Source of the DNA: a virus | Virus record (IMG/VR): IMGVR_UViG_3300045988_126140 | Coordinates: 69,599-133,598 of that record | Length of the DNA stretch: 64,000 nucleotides | Direction: 5' to 3' (one strand) | Part shown: piece after piece, positions 46,271-54,347 of the stretch | Layout of the letters: the number at the start of each line of letters is the position of its first letter | Numbering within the stretch: the first letter of the stretch is position 1 | Made by a program: the position numbers and the translations under genes | The notes under the pieces: model-generated | The model's input: the letters and a program-made list of their open reading frames with translations, nothing else | What the model was told of the DNA's origin: nothing | The model's database searches: none

Positions 46271-46300
46271 TAATATATAATATAGTATGTTATATTTAAT
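46249..46300 (+). repeat. perfect 26-bp tandem duplication ATATAATATAGTATGTTATATTTAAT x2
   Basis: Units at 46249..46274 and 46275..46300, then a partial third unit. Confidence 0.85.
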
Positions 46301-46330
46301 ATATAATATAAATAAAGGGGTGTTGATAAT

Positions 46331-46633
46331 ATGGATGAAAATGTATGTGCGAATTGTGATTATAATAAGATGTGGGGAGGTAATTGTGAATATGAACAAG
46401 AAGAAAAATGCATATATGCAACTGCTAGATATTTAACTCATGATGAACGTAATAAGATAGAAAAGAAATTAATTATGATTGATTATTTATTAAATGATAT
46501 AGTCGAAATCGACAAAGAGAATACTATCGAGGATTTAACAGATAAGATTTCAGATGTATTGTGTGAAATGGAATATGAAGTCAAATATAGAATTAGAGAC
46601 TTTGAATATATGAAAAAGGAGGGTTTTAAATAA
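46331..46633 (+). CDS. hypothetical Cys-rich protein
   Basis: N-terminal CANCDY..GGNCEYEQEEKC. Stop in an 8-bp hairpin followed by AGCTC. Confidence 0.7.
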   Translation: MDENVCANCDYNKMWGGNCEYEQEEKCIYATARYLTHDERNKIEKKLIMIDYLLNDIVEIDKENTIEDLTDKISDVLCEMEYEVKYRIRDFEYMKKEGFK

Positions 46634-46688
46634 CCTTCCAGCTCTTGAAATGATAGTAAAAATAATTAATAAATTTTTTAAAAAGCTC

Positions 46689-46717
46689 TTGACATCTTAG
46701 TTAAAATCATATATGAT
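46689..46717 (+). promoter_or_regulatory. sigma-A-type promoter
   Basis: AGCTCTTGACA-17-TATGAT. Confidence 0.6.
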
Positions 46718-46755
46718 AATATTAAGATTAAGATAATTGAAAGGGGTTTTATAAT

Positions 46756-47193
46756 ATGAGCAAATATATAACATTACCTAGTACAATAACAATGACTACT
46801 TTAGCATTAGCAAAAAGTTTATCAAGTAAACCAGTATCAACATCACCAGTAATAACATACCTTACTCCAGCAACTGTAAAACCACACATAAGCAAAGTAA
46901 TTTGCACTCTAAAAGCATCTAGTACTCCAGCAACAATGTTGCCTTATCTTGTAGGTTATAAAATAGCATTGCGTGGTACTCACCACAAATACGTATGTGT
47001 GCATAGTGTCAAAATTCCTACATCTTTGTTGATAGTATCAACAACATCAACTGGTATTATTACTTATACAGGTATGAGTTACAGTGGTGGTTATGCACAT
47101 TATACAGTACATGTATTTCCATACACTAGCACAACAACATTAACTGGTTTAATAAAGATGCTAAAAAGTGGTATGTATACATTACTACCATAA
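46756..47193 (+). CDS. Thr/Ser-rich basic protein lacking D, E, N, Q and W
   Basis: 145 aa ORF with its own promoter and SD (AAAGGGG). It is the only long ORF in any frame here. Composition is unlike all neighbours. Confidence 0.55.
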   Translation: MSKYITLPSTITMTTLALAKSLSSKPVSTSPVITYLTPATVKPHISKVICTLKASSTPATMLPYLVGYKIALRGTHHKYVCVHSVKIPTSLLIVSTTSTGIITYTGMSYSGGYAHYTVHVFPYTSTTTLTGLIKMLKSGMYTLLP

Positions 47194-47228
47194 TATAAAA
47201 GGTTTGCAGGTAATCCTTTAAAACCTGC
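47194..47228 (+). ncRNA. covarying stem-loop with conserved 11-nt loop (copy 3)
   Basis: AAAGGTTT GCAGGT aATCCTTTAAA ACCTGC (stem 47206..47211 / 47223..47228), followed by two overlapping 15-mers (47242, 47255). Confidence 0.5.
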
Positions 47229-47332
47229 TAAAAAGATTATCAAAATAATTAATAAAAATAATTAATAAATTTTTTAAAAGCTCTTGGCAATGATAGTAAA
47301 AATAATTAATAAATAATATCAAGGGGGTAAAA

Positions 47333-48115
47333 ATGATGGGGAAAAATATTAATAGAATAGGAGAGAGAAATATAAATACATTTGGAAGTGAAATGGTTAT
47401 AGTAGAATATAGAATGAATAGAGATATCGACGTTTATTTTCCAGAATATGACTGGACTTTTAAAAATGCGAGATATGAAACTTTTAAAAAAGGAAACATT
47501 AAATGTCCTTATGATAGAAGTATATATGGTGTTGGTTACATTGGTGAGGGTAATTATAAGGTAAGTGAAAATCGCAAACTAACTAAAGTTTATAGCACTT
47601 GGCAAAGCATGCTACAAAGATGTTATAGTAATAAATTTCATAAGAAACAACCTACTTATATTGGTTGTGATGTTTCTGAAGAATGGCATAATTTTCAAAA
47701 CTTTGCCAAATGGTATTATGAAAATTATTATGAGGTAGAAGGAGAAAAAATGCATTTGGATAAAGATATTTTATATAAACATAATAAGATATACTCTCCT
47801 AGGACTTGCATATTTGTACCTCAAACTATTAATGGTTTATTTATTAAAAGGGATAATAATAGAGGTAAATCAGTTATAGGGACAACGCCTCGTAAAAATG
47901 GTAAATATCAAGTAAAATGTTGTTTAATAAATCCAGAAACAGGTAAGTCTAAATATGAATATTTAGGGATTTATGACACACAAGAAAAAGGGTTTAAAAT
48001 ATATAAGTATTATAAAGAGAAAAATATTAAACAAGTTGCTGACTATTACAAAGATTTAATACCATACAAATTATATCAAGCTTTATATGAGTATGTTGTT
48101 GAAATAGATGATTGA
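47333..48115 (+). CDS. HNH_3-like/AP2-like homing-endonuclease-family protein, paralog 1 of 6
   Basis: Blocks NRIGE..NTFGSEM, Y(S/N)TW.(S/N)MLQRCY, EWHNFQNFAKWY, HLDKDIL.KHNKIYSP.TCIFVPQTIN (HNH_3-like, with the usual His position reading K) and a C-terminal AP2-like GKYQV....NP.TGKSK.EYLG.YDT.E..F..YK. Confidence 0.55.
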   Translation: MMGKNINRIGERNINTFGSEMVIVEYRMNRDIDVYFPEYDWTFKNARYETFKKGNIKCPYDRSIYGVGYIGEGNYKVSENRKLTKVYSTWQSMLQRCYSNKFHKKQPTYIGCDVSEEWHNFQNFAKWYYENYYEVEGEKMHLDKDILYKHNKIYSPRTCIFVPQTINGLFIKRDNNRGKSVIGTTPRKNGKYQVKCCLINPETGKSKYEYLGIYDTQEKGFKIYKYYKEKNIKQVADYYKDLIPYKLYQALYEYVVEIDD

Positions 48116-48169
48116 AAATTTAAAATGATACCAAAAACTATTAATAAATAATATTAAGGGGTGGTAAAA

Positions 48170-48769
48170 ATGATGAAAGAAACTTGGACTGAAAAAGAAA
48201 TAAGAAGTTATATGAAGAACTTTGTTAATGACATGGACGAAGAAGACAAAATGGTAATAGGGGATATAATTGATGCAATTCCAATATCAGTAGACGGACG
48301 ACTTAAAAATAGTCTAGGTTACTTCTCTGGTATATATAAAAGAAGTGGAGAATTTGTAGAACCTGTAAAATTTAAATTTTCCAAACGTATTAACTGTTAT
48401 GACGATAACACTATAAAACATATTATAAATCACGAACTTTTACACTTATTATCAGACAAGAAGTATGGTAAAAGTACAAGCCATAACAAAGAATGGAAAG
48501 AACTTTGCTGTAAATATAGGATAAATGATGATGAATTCTTTACTCCTAATTTAGAATTAGAAAAAGATTATCACCGTTATCATATATATTGTAATGAATG
48601 TTATAAATTAGTAGGTGTAAGAGACAGATTATCAAAAGAGAAAATAATTCAATTGTTATTATATGGAAGACATCAAGATGATTATGGTAAATTAAGAATA
48701 TATGATAATAAAGAAAAAGGATATATTAAATTAAACAATATAATGGTAAATGATGGTGAAAATAATTAA
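48170..48769 (+). CDS. SprT-like zinc metalloprotease
   Basis: GYFSG..FKFSKR.. and HIINHELLHLL (HExxH), then GK.TSHNKEWK..C. ATG 48170 after GGGGTGG. The stop lies inside the 15-mer. Confidence 0.6.
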   Translation: MMKETWTEKEIRSYMKNFVNDMDEEDKMVIGDIIDAIPISVDGRLKNSLGYFSGIYKRSGEFVEPVKFKFSKRINCYDDNTIKHIINHELLHLLSDKKYGKSTSHNKEWKELCCKYRINDDEFFTPNLELEKDYHRYHIYCNECYKLVGVRDRLSKEKIIQLLLYGRHQDDYGKLRIYDNKEKGYIKLNNIMVNDGENN

Positions 48770-48777
48770 TAAAACTG

Positions 48778-48807
48778 TTGACAAATGATAGTGAAATATG
48801 ATATAAT
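48778..48807 (+). promoter_or_regulatory. sigma-A-type promoter
   Basis: TTGACA-18-TATAAT with TG extension. Confidence 0.65.
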
Positions 48808-48839
48808 TAATGATATAAAACATAAGGAGGTTGGTAATT

Positions 48840-49322
48840 ATGAATAAAAAATTATCAGTACTAATATTAACAGGGATGTTATCAATATCTATGATAGGAT
48901 GCAAAGATGTTGAACTTGATTCTGTGCCAGAAAATACAACTCAACAAATGGATGAGGAAGCAAAAGATAAACAAAAACAACAACTGGTAGAAATAGCATA
49001 TTATTTAACCGAAAATAAGGTGGATGAAATATTCTATGGAAAAGATTACGTTTATAAAATGGAAAAAGATGGTTTAGTATTAACTAACTATTTCCAATAT
49101 GATGAGGTATCTAATGCTATATATACTGGTAAATGGGATAATCTGTTAGATACATTAAAAGAAACATCTAGTACCTTAAAAGAATACTTAAACGACAAAG
49201 GTTACACTAATGTTAGCTTTACAATTCAAATTTGTGACGCAAAGGATAGGGAGGGAACTTGTTATTTGATAATAAAAGATGGTGAAATTGTATTTAACAT
49301 AGCAGATAACATGAATCAATAA
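48840..49322 (+). CDS. lipoprotein
   Basis: Signal peptide MNKKLSVLILTGMLSISMIGC with lipobox S-M-I-G-C. ATG 48840 after AAGGAGG. Confidence 0.7.
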   Translation: MNKKLSVLILTGMLSISMIGCKDVELDSVPENTTQQMDEEAKDKQKQQLVEIAYYLTENKVDEIFYGKDYVYKMEKDGLVLTNYFQYDEVSNAIYTGKWDNLLDTLKETSSTLKEYLNDKGYTNVSFTIQICDAKDREGTCYLIIKDGEIVFNIADNMNQ

Positions 49323-49356
49323 AAGAACTAAAATGATGACAAATAATATTAATTGA

Positions 49357-49388
49357 TAGGCTAGATTTTATTCTAGTCTATTCTTTTA
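49357..49388 (+). terminator. intrinsic terminator
   Basis: TAGGCTAGA..TCTAGTCTA (one mismatch), then TTCTTTT. Confidence 0.55.
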
Positions 49389-49425
49389 TAGTTCAAAAAG
49401 ATTGTAAAAATTATTAATAAATCTA

Positions 49426-49454
49426 TTGACAAAATATACCATATGATATATACT
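49426..49454 (+). promoter_or_regulatory. sigma-A-type promoter
   Basis: TTGACA-17-TATACT. Confidence 0.65.
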
Positions 49455-49487
49455 TATACATATATAAGATATTAAAGGGAGGAAAAG

Positions 49488-50390
49488 ATGATGGAAAAAG
49501 TTAATAATATGGAAAGATTAATAAATAATTATATAGCATACTTGAAGGATATAAAAAACTTATCACCTAAAAGTATTAAATCATATATTCCAGTAGTAAA
49601 GGAAATGATTGAGTATTGTGGATTTAAAAGAATAGATGATATACAAAATTCTACTATAATCCAATTACAAAATTGGTTAAACAAAAAAAGAAATGAAGGA
49701 TTATCTAATCAAAGTCTTAACAGAAGGATAGCTAGTTGTAAATCATTTTATGGTTATCTATGTGCATTTAGGATTATTGATTTTAATGCTAGTAAGGAAC
49801 TTAAACAATTAAGAATTGAATCTAAAGGTAAAATAGGAAACACAGGACAAGTTGACAAAATAAGAACTTATTTAGAATCTGAATATAATAGAAAACCTAA
49901 TTATATGAATATGAGAAATAGATTGATTGTTGAAGTCATGCTTAATTGTGCTTTAAGAAATTCAGAGCTTAGACAATTAAATATAGATAGTATCAATCCC
50001 AATACTGGAGAATTTACAGTTATCCAAAAAGGCGGGACTAGGAAATCTTGCGTGTTATCTAGTAAAACATTACAACTATATAATGAATACATGATAGAAC
50101 GCAACAGAATCCCTTCTAAGGATAATTCTCTATTTCTTAGTAGTTATAAGAGTAGAATAAGTATTGGTGGCTTAGAAAAGCTTATACACAAGATAACAGA
50201 GGTTACAGGACAACAGTTAAATCCCCACGATTTACGTCATATTTCAGCTACAAAATACGTGGAAGCTGGATTTAGTTGTGATGAGGTCGCAAAGTTACTA
50301 GGGCACTCAAGTAGTAATACAACCTTCAGATTTTATTATCACCAAGATAATGACAATAAAAAGAAAATGGTTGAAAATACATGGGATTAA
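49488..50390 (+). CDS. tyrosine recombinase (XerC/D-like integrase family)
   Basis: N-terminal SAM-like domain. ..ALRNSELRQL.. (Arg), HDLRH, LLGHSSSNTTFRFYYH (His, Tyr). Confidence 0.8.
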   Translation: MMEKVNNMERLINNYIAYLKDIKNLSPKSIKSYIPVVKEMIEYCGFKRIDDIQNSTIIQLQNWLNKKRNEGLSNQSLNRRIASCKSFYGYLCAFRIIDFNASKELKQLRIESKGKIGNTGQVDKIRTYLESEYNRKPNYMNMRNRLIVEVMLNCALRNSELRQLNIDSINPNTGEFTVIQKGGTRKSCVLSSKTLQLYNEYMIERNRIPSKDNSLFLSSYKSRISIGGLEKLIHKITEVTGQQLNPHDLRHISATKYVEAGFSCDEVAKLLGHSSSNTTFRFYYHQDNDNKKKMVENTWD

Positions 50391-50398
50391 TTTTAATT

Positions 50399-50436
50399 CA
50401 TAGGTAATTTTACTTAAAGTTATGTTAATATAATGA
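50399..50436 (+). promoter_or_regulatory. class-2 bipartite promoter-like element (copy f)
   Basis: CATAGGTAATTTTA-N9-ATGTTAATAT, register 50399 to 50422 = 23 nt. Confidence 0.5.
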
Positions 50437-50533
50437 TAACAATTAATAAAGTGGATAAAGTTTTGTTGTGTCACAATTAAAAATAACGTTACTTATCCTC
50501 TTTATTAAATTATAATATAAAGGAGGAGATATT

Positions 50534-51346
50534 ATGGGAAGAAAATCAATAAATAGAACAGGGGAGAAAGGAATTAATAATTTTGGAAGTGAGATGATAA
50601 TTGTTAATTCTTATATGAAATTCAATGATAAATATAAAAGAAATTATACTTATGTAGACGTTTATTTCCCAGAGTATAATTGGACTTTTAAAGGTGTAAG
50701 ATATGAGAGTTTCAAAAATGGTAATGTCAAATGCCCATATGAGAGAACTGTGTTTGGAATAGGTTATGTTGGCGAAGGAAAGTATAAGGTAAGTGAAAAT
50801 GGCAAAGACACTAAGAGTTATAATACTTGGCGTAATATGTTGCAAAGATGTTATAATGAAAAATGTCAAGAGAAAAATCCAACTTATAAAGGTTGTACTG
50901 TATGTGATGAGTGGCATAATTTTCAGAACTTTGCGAAATGGTATGAAGACAATTATTATGAGATAGAAGGTGAGAGAATACATTTGGACAAAGATATTTT
51001 ATGTAAAGGCAATAAAATATATACTCCAGAAACTTGTGTTTTTGTACCACAGACAATTAATATGTTATTTACTAAAAGGCAAAATGATAGAGGGGAATCA
51101 GTTATTGGAACAAGCTATCATAAAAGAGATAAAAAATATCAAGCATATTGTAGTTTAATTAATCCTAAAACTGGTAAATCTAAAGATAAATACTTGGGAT
51201 ATTATGATACAGAAATAGAAGCATTTGAGATATACAAATATTATAAAGAACGTAATATTAAACAAGTAGCTGATTATTATAGAGATTTAATACCAGAAAG
51301 ATTATACATGGCATTGTATAATTATGAAGTTGAAATTACAGACTAA
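50534..51346 (+). CDS. HNH_3-like/AP2-like homing-endonuclease-family protein, paralog 2 of 6
   Basis: Same block structure as 47333..48115, with its own SD AAGGAGG. Confidence 0.55.
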   Translation: MGRKSINRTGEKGINNFGSEMIIVNSYMKFNDKYKRNYTYVDVYFPEYNWTFKGVRYESFKNGNVKCPYERTVFGIGYVGEGKYKVSENGKDTKSYNTWRNMLQRCYNEKCQEKNPTYKGCTVCDEWHNFQNFAKWYEDNYYEIEGERIHLDKDILCKGNKIYTPETCVFVPQTINMLFTKRQNDRGESVIGTSYHKRDKKYQAYCSLINPKTGKSKDKYLGYYDTEIEAFEIYKYYKERNIKQVADYYRDLIPERLYMALYNYEVEITD

Positions 51347-51384
51347 AATTGACTATAAAAATAATTAATAAAGGAGATGATAAT

Positions 51385-52194
51385 ATGAGTAACAAAGTAC
51401 AAAAATTATTTGATAAATTAGTAGAAAAATATAATATGAGAGCAATAAAAATAGGTGATGAAACATGGTATGCGATGAACGATTTACCATTAGATAGAAA
51501 AGCAATAAACAGAAAAATGAGTGACCTTAGAAAAAACTTATCTGGTAACGGTGATTTTAAATATACTCCAAACTTTGTAGAGCAAAACACAAGATTAATA
51601 ACAAATTCAACGGTGATTTTAAATCACCTTAGAAATTTTGATAAAGTTCATAATACAGGAGAAATGTTTGGTAACTTTACAATGATAAATTACATAGTTA
51701 TGACAAGTAGACTTGGACACGAATATAAAATAGAAATGATAAAAATTTTAGACGAAATAAGAAAAAATGATTTCTATGTAGATGACAATATATCAAAAGA
51801 ACAATTAAACTCGCTTCAGAACAAAGTTAATAAACTAAAAGATAGATTACATTATGAAAGACGTAGAAAGGCTTACGGGGCTACTCAAATAGTTAAAAAA
51901 ATAAATATAGATAATTTGTTGCCAAGTACATTATTTAGATACCTAGATGAATATTTGAATTTAGGAGATTATATAATAGTAAATAAAAATAGAAGATTTA
52001 GACCTAATGATAATTTTGTTAACAAATGTGCTGATTTAGGTGTAGTCAGAATTGGAGTAAACAATAATATAATATTCTTTAGTGAATTTGCAGAACAAGT
52101 AAATAGAAACAAAGACATCCTTAATATATTGAAAATAATTAATAAAGAAGAATTACAAATAAGAGAAAAGGGAATTGAAAACAGAATTAAATAA
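51385..52194 (+). CDS. putative antirepressor-like DNA-binding protein
   Basis: ATG 51385 after AAGGAG; the track start at 51349 is inside the 15-mer. N-terminal region is KilA-N/Bro-like (weak). One 15-mer copy lies in frame at 52132. Confidence 0.4.
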   Translation: MSNKVQKLFDKLVEKYNMRAIKIGDETWYAMNDLPLDRKAINRKMSDLRKNLSGNGDFKYTPNFVEQNTRLITNSTVILNHLRNFDKVHNTGEMFGNFTMINYIVMTSRLGHEYKIEMIKILDEIRKNDFYVDDNISKEQLNSLQNKVNKLKDRLHYERRRKAYGATQIVKKINIDNLLPSTLFRYLDEYLNLGDYIIVNKNRRFRPNDNFVNKCADLGVVRIGVNNNIIFFSEFAEQVNRNKDILNILKIINKEELQIREKGIENRIK

Positions 52195-52205
52195 TCATTG
52201 CTTTC

Positions 52206-52233
52206 AAGAGGTTTTATACCTCTTATTTTTTTT
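52206..52233 (+). terminator. intrinsic terminator
   Basis: AAGAGGT..ACCTCTT, then ATTTTTTTT. Confidence 0.75.
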
Positions 52234-52319
52234 GCTTTATTTTCAAAATAATTAATAAATTATGAATATTTAAACTCCATTTTGTATATAATATAGTAAA
52301 GAAAATTAATAAAAAGTAG

Positions 52320-52348
52320 TTGTCATTAAGGATATCATATGTTATACT
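52320..52348 (+). promoter_or_regulatory. sigma-A-type promoter
   Basis: TTGTCA-17-TATACT with TG extension. Confidence 0.55.
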
Positions 52349-52375
52349 AAGCAAGACAACTAAGAAGGAGTTAAA

Positions 52376-53248
52376 ATGAAAAAAATGTGTGATAAAAAAA
52401 TTAAAATGGACAGAATGGAAAATAGAGTAAACGATTTAATTAATGAAATAGGTGAAAAAAATATAAATGAAGAAGTGATAAAAGATTTTGCTATAAAAAA
52501 TTTAAAGACAATTAATAGAAGTAGTTTCTACGATGGATTTAGAATTTTAAAAGAAGTATTAGATACAAAGGGAATTAAATACGATTTAAAAGAAGATGAA
52601 TTAATGGAAAAATGTTTATATTTTGACGAATCTAAATACTTCACAAAAACTCAAATATTAGATATAATCAATTCACTTATAAATGCACAAGACAAATTAT
52701 TAATATACATGATATTTAATAAAGTATTAGGTAAGAAATTCAAAGACCTATTAGAAATTAAGGTTTCTGACGTAGCCGAAGACTATAGTTATATAAATGT
52801 AAATGGAAATAAAATACTATGCGACGATATAATGAAAGAGTTAGTTAAAGACACAATAGAACAAGAAGTATATGTTAATACAACAAGAAGTAGAAACGTA
52901 CTTTATTATGATTTAAATATGAATAGTGAATATTTATTCAAGACATTATGTAATAGATATACCAATAATGGTTTAGAACCAATGAAACGTAGTAATTTAA
53001 GTGGAAAATTAACTGTTTTAACAAAAGAATTACAACATGGAGGATTAAATGTTACCTTAACAGCTACAGGAATATATCAGTCTGGAATCATGTATGACAT
53101 GTTTGTATTGCAAGTATTAGATAATATTATATGGACTATACAAAATACAAAGAGCTATCTTGATATAAATGGATATAATATGAATGCCAATGAATTAACC
53201 TATAAATATCACCATTTATATTATGGAACGAACTCTTCAAGAAATTAG
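52376..53248 (+). CDS. hypothetical protein (weak resemblance to a degenerate integrase-like fold)
   Basis: 290 aa ORF with SD AAGGAG. No catalytic R-H-R-Y set recognised. Confidence 0.5.
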   Translation: MKKMCDKKIKMDRMENRVNDLINEIGEKNINEEVIKDFAIKNLKTINRSSFYDGFRILKEVLDTKGIKYDLKEDELMEKCLYFDESKYFTKTQILDIINSLINAQDKLLIYMIFNKVLGKKFKDLLEIKVSDVAEDYSYINVNGNKILCDDIMKELVKDTIEQEVYVNTTRSRNVLYYDLNMNSEYLFKTLCNRYTNNGLEPMKRSNLSGKLTVLTKELQHGGLNVTLTATGIYQSGIMYDMFVLQVLDNIIWTIQNTKSYLDINGYNMNANELTYKYHHLYYGTNSSRN

Positions 53249-53275
53249 AGGTTTTTCTCTAGTTTCTTTTTTTTT
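53246..53275 (+). terminator. intrinsic terminator
   Basis: TAGAG..CTCTA, then GTTTCTTTTTTTTT. Confidence 0.55.
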
Positions 53276-53278
53276 GTT

Positions 53279-53312
53279 TATAGGTAATTTTTCAATACTA
53301 ATTGTTAATATA
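53279..53312 (+). promoter_or_regulatory. class-2 bipartite promoter-like element (copy g) with mini-ORF
   Basis: TATAGGTAATTTTT-N9-TTGTTAATAT, register 53279 to 53302 = 23 nt. Followed by SD AAAGGAG and TTG AGT GTA GAA TAA (53340..53354). Confidence 0.45.
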
Positions 53313-53373
53313 TTAGTATAAGAAAGGAGTTGATGCAAATTGAGTGTAGAATAAAAATAATTAATAAAATCAG

Positions 53374-53402
53374 TTGACAAATTGTAGTGAATATCATATA
53401 CT
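53374..53402 (+). promoter_or_regulatory. sigma-A-type promoter
   Basis: TTGACA-17-TATACT. Confidence 0.65.
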
Positions 53403-53463
53403 TAATATTATAAATAATCAATAAAATATTAATAAAAATAATAAATAAAGGGGATGGAATATT

Positions 53464-54240
53464 ATGGGAAATAAAATAGATAGAACAGGAGAAATAAATT
53501 GTAATACGTTTGGAAGTGAAATGATAATTACGGAATATAGAAGTGCAAAAGACATTGATGTTTATTTTTCAGAATATAACTGGACTTTTAAAAATGTTCG
53601 ATATAGTATTTTTAAAAATGGTAATATGAAATGTCCGTATGAAAGAAGACATTATAAAATTGGTTATTTAGGTGAAGGTGAGTATAAAATGAGTGAAAAT
53701 CGTAAACATACCAAAGTTTATAATACTTGGCATCATATGTTAGAAAGATGTTATGATAAAAAATTTCAAGAGAAACACCCCACTTACAAAGATTGTAAAA
53801 TATCTGAAGAATGGCATAACTTTCAGAATTTTGGCAATTGGTATAATGAAAATTATTATGAGGTAGAAGGCGAGATTATGTGTTTAGATAAAGACATTCT
53901 TGTTAAGCATAACAAGATATATTCACCAGATACTTGTATATTTGTACCTCAAATAATTAATACTTTATTTGTTAAAAGAGATAATGATAGAGGTGAATCA
54001 TGTATAGGTACAAGTCTTAAAGATGGAAAATATCAAGTAAGTTGTAATTTAATTAATCCTAAAACTGGAAAATCAAAAAGCGAATATTTAGGAATTTATG
54101 ATACAGAACTAGAAGCATTTGAGGTTTATAAGTATTATAAAGAAAAGAATATAAAACAAGTAGCTGATTATTATAAAGAACAAATACCATATAAACTTTA
54201 TAACGCTTTATACAAGTATAAAGTTGAAATAAATGATTAA
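53464..54240 (+). CDS. HNH_3-like/AP2-like homing-endonuclease-family protein, paralog 3 of 6
   Basis: Same block structure as the other paralogs. Confidence 0.55.
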   Translation: MGNKIDRTGEINCNTFGSEMIITEYRSAKDIDVYFSEYNWTFKNVRYSIFKNGNMKCPYERRHYKIGYLGEGEYKMSENRKHTKVYNTWHHMLERCYDKKFQEKHPTYKDCKISEEWHNFQNFGNWYNENYYEVEGEIMCLDKDILVKHNKIYSPDTCIFVPQIINTLFVKRDNDRGESCIGTSLKDGKYQVSCNLINPKTGKSKSEYLGIYDTELEAFEVYKYYKEKNIKQVADYYKEQIPYKLYNALYKYKVEIND

Positions 54241-54257
54241 AACAATTAGTAATATTA

Positions 54258-54285
54258 AGACTAGATAATTCTAGTCTATTTTTTG
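54258..54285 (+). terminator. intrinsic terminator
   Basis: AGACTAG..CTAGTCT, then ATTTTTTG. Confidence 0.75.
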
Positions 54286-54347
54286 TTCATTTTTTAGTTG
54301 ATAAATATATCAAGATGTGCTACTTTTATATTAAAGGGGTGATAGAT

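Noticed and set aside
36335-46644. Stop-codon hairpins explained as standard intrinsic terminators.
   Set aside because: None is followed by a U-run. They are followed by the conserved AGCTC and then usually by a promoter. Genuine hairpin-plus-U-tract terminators exist elsewhere in the element (41180, 52206, 54258).
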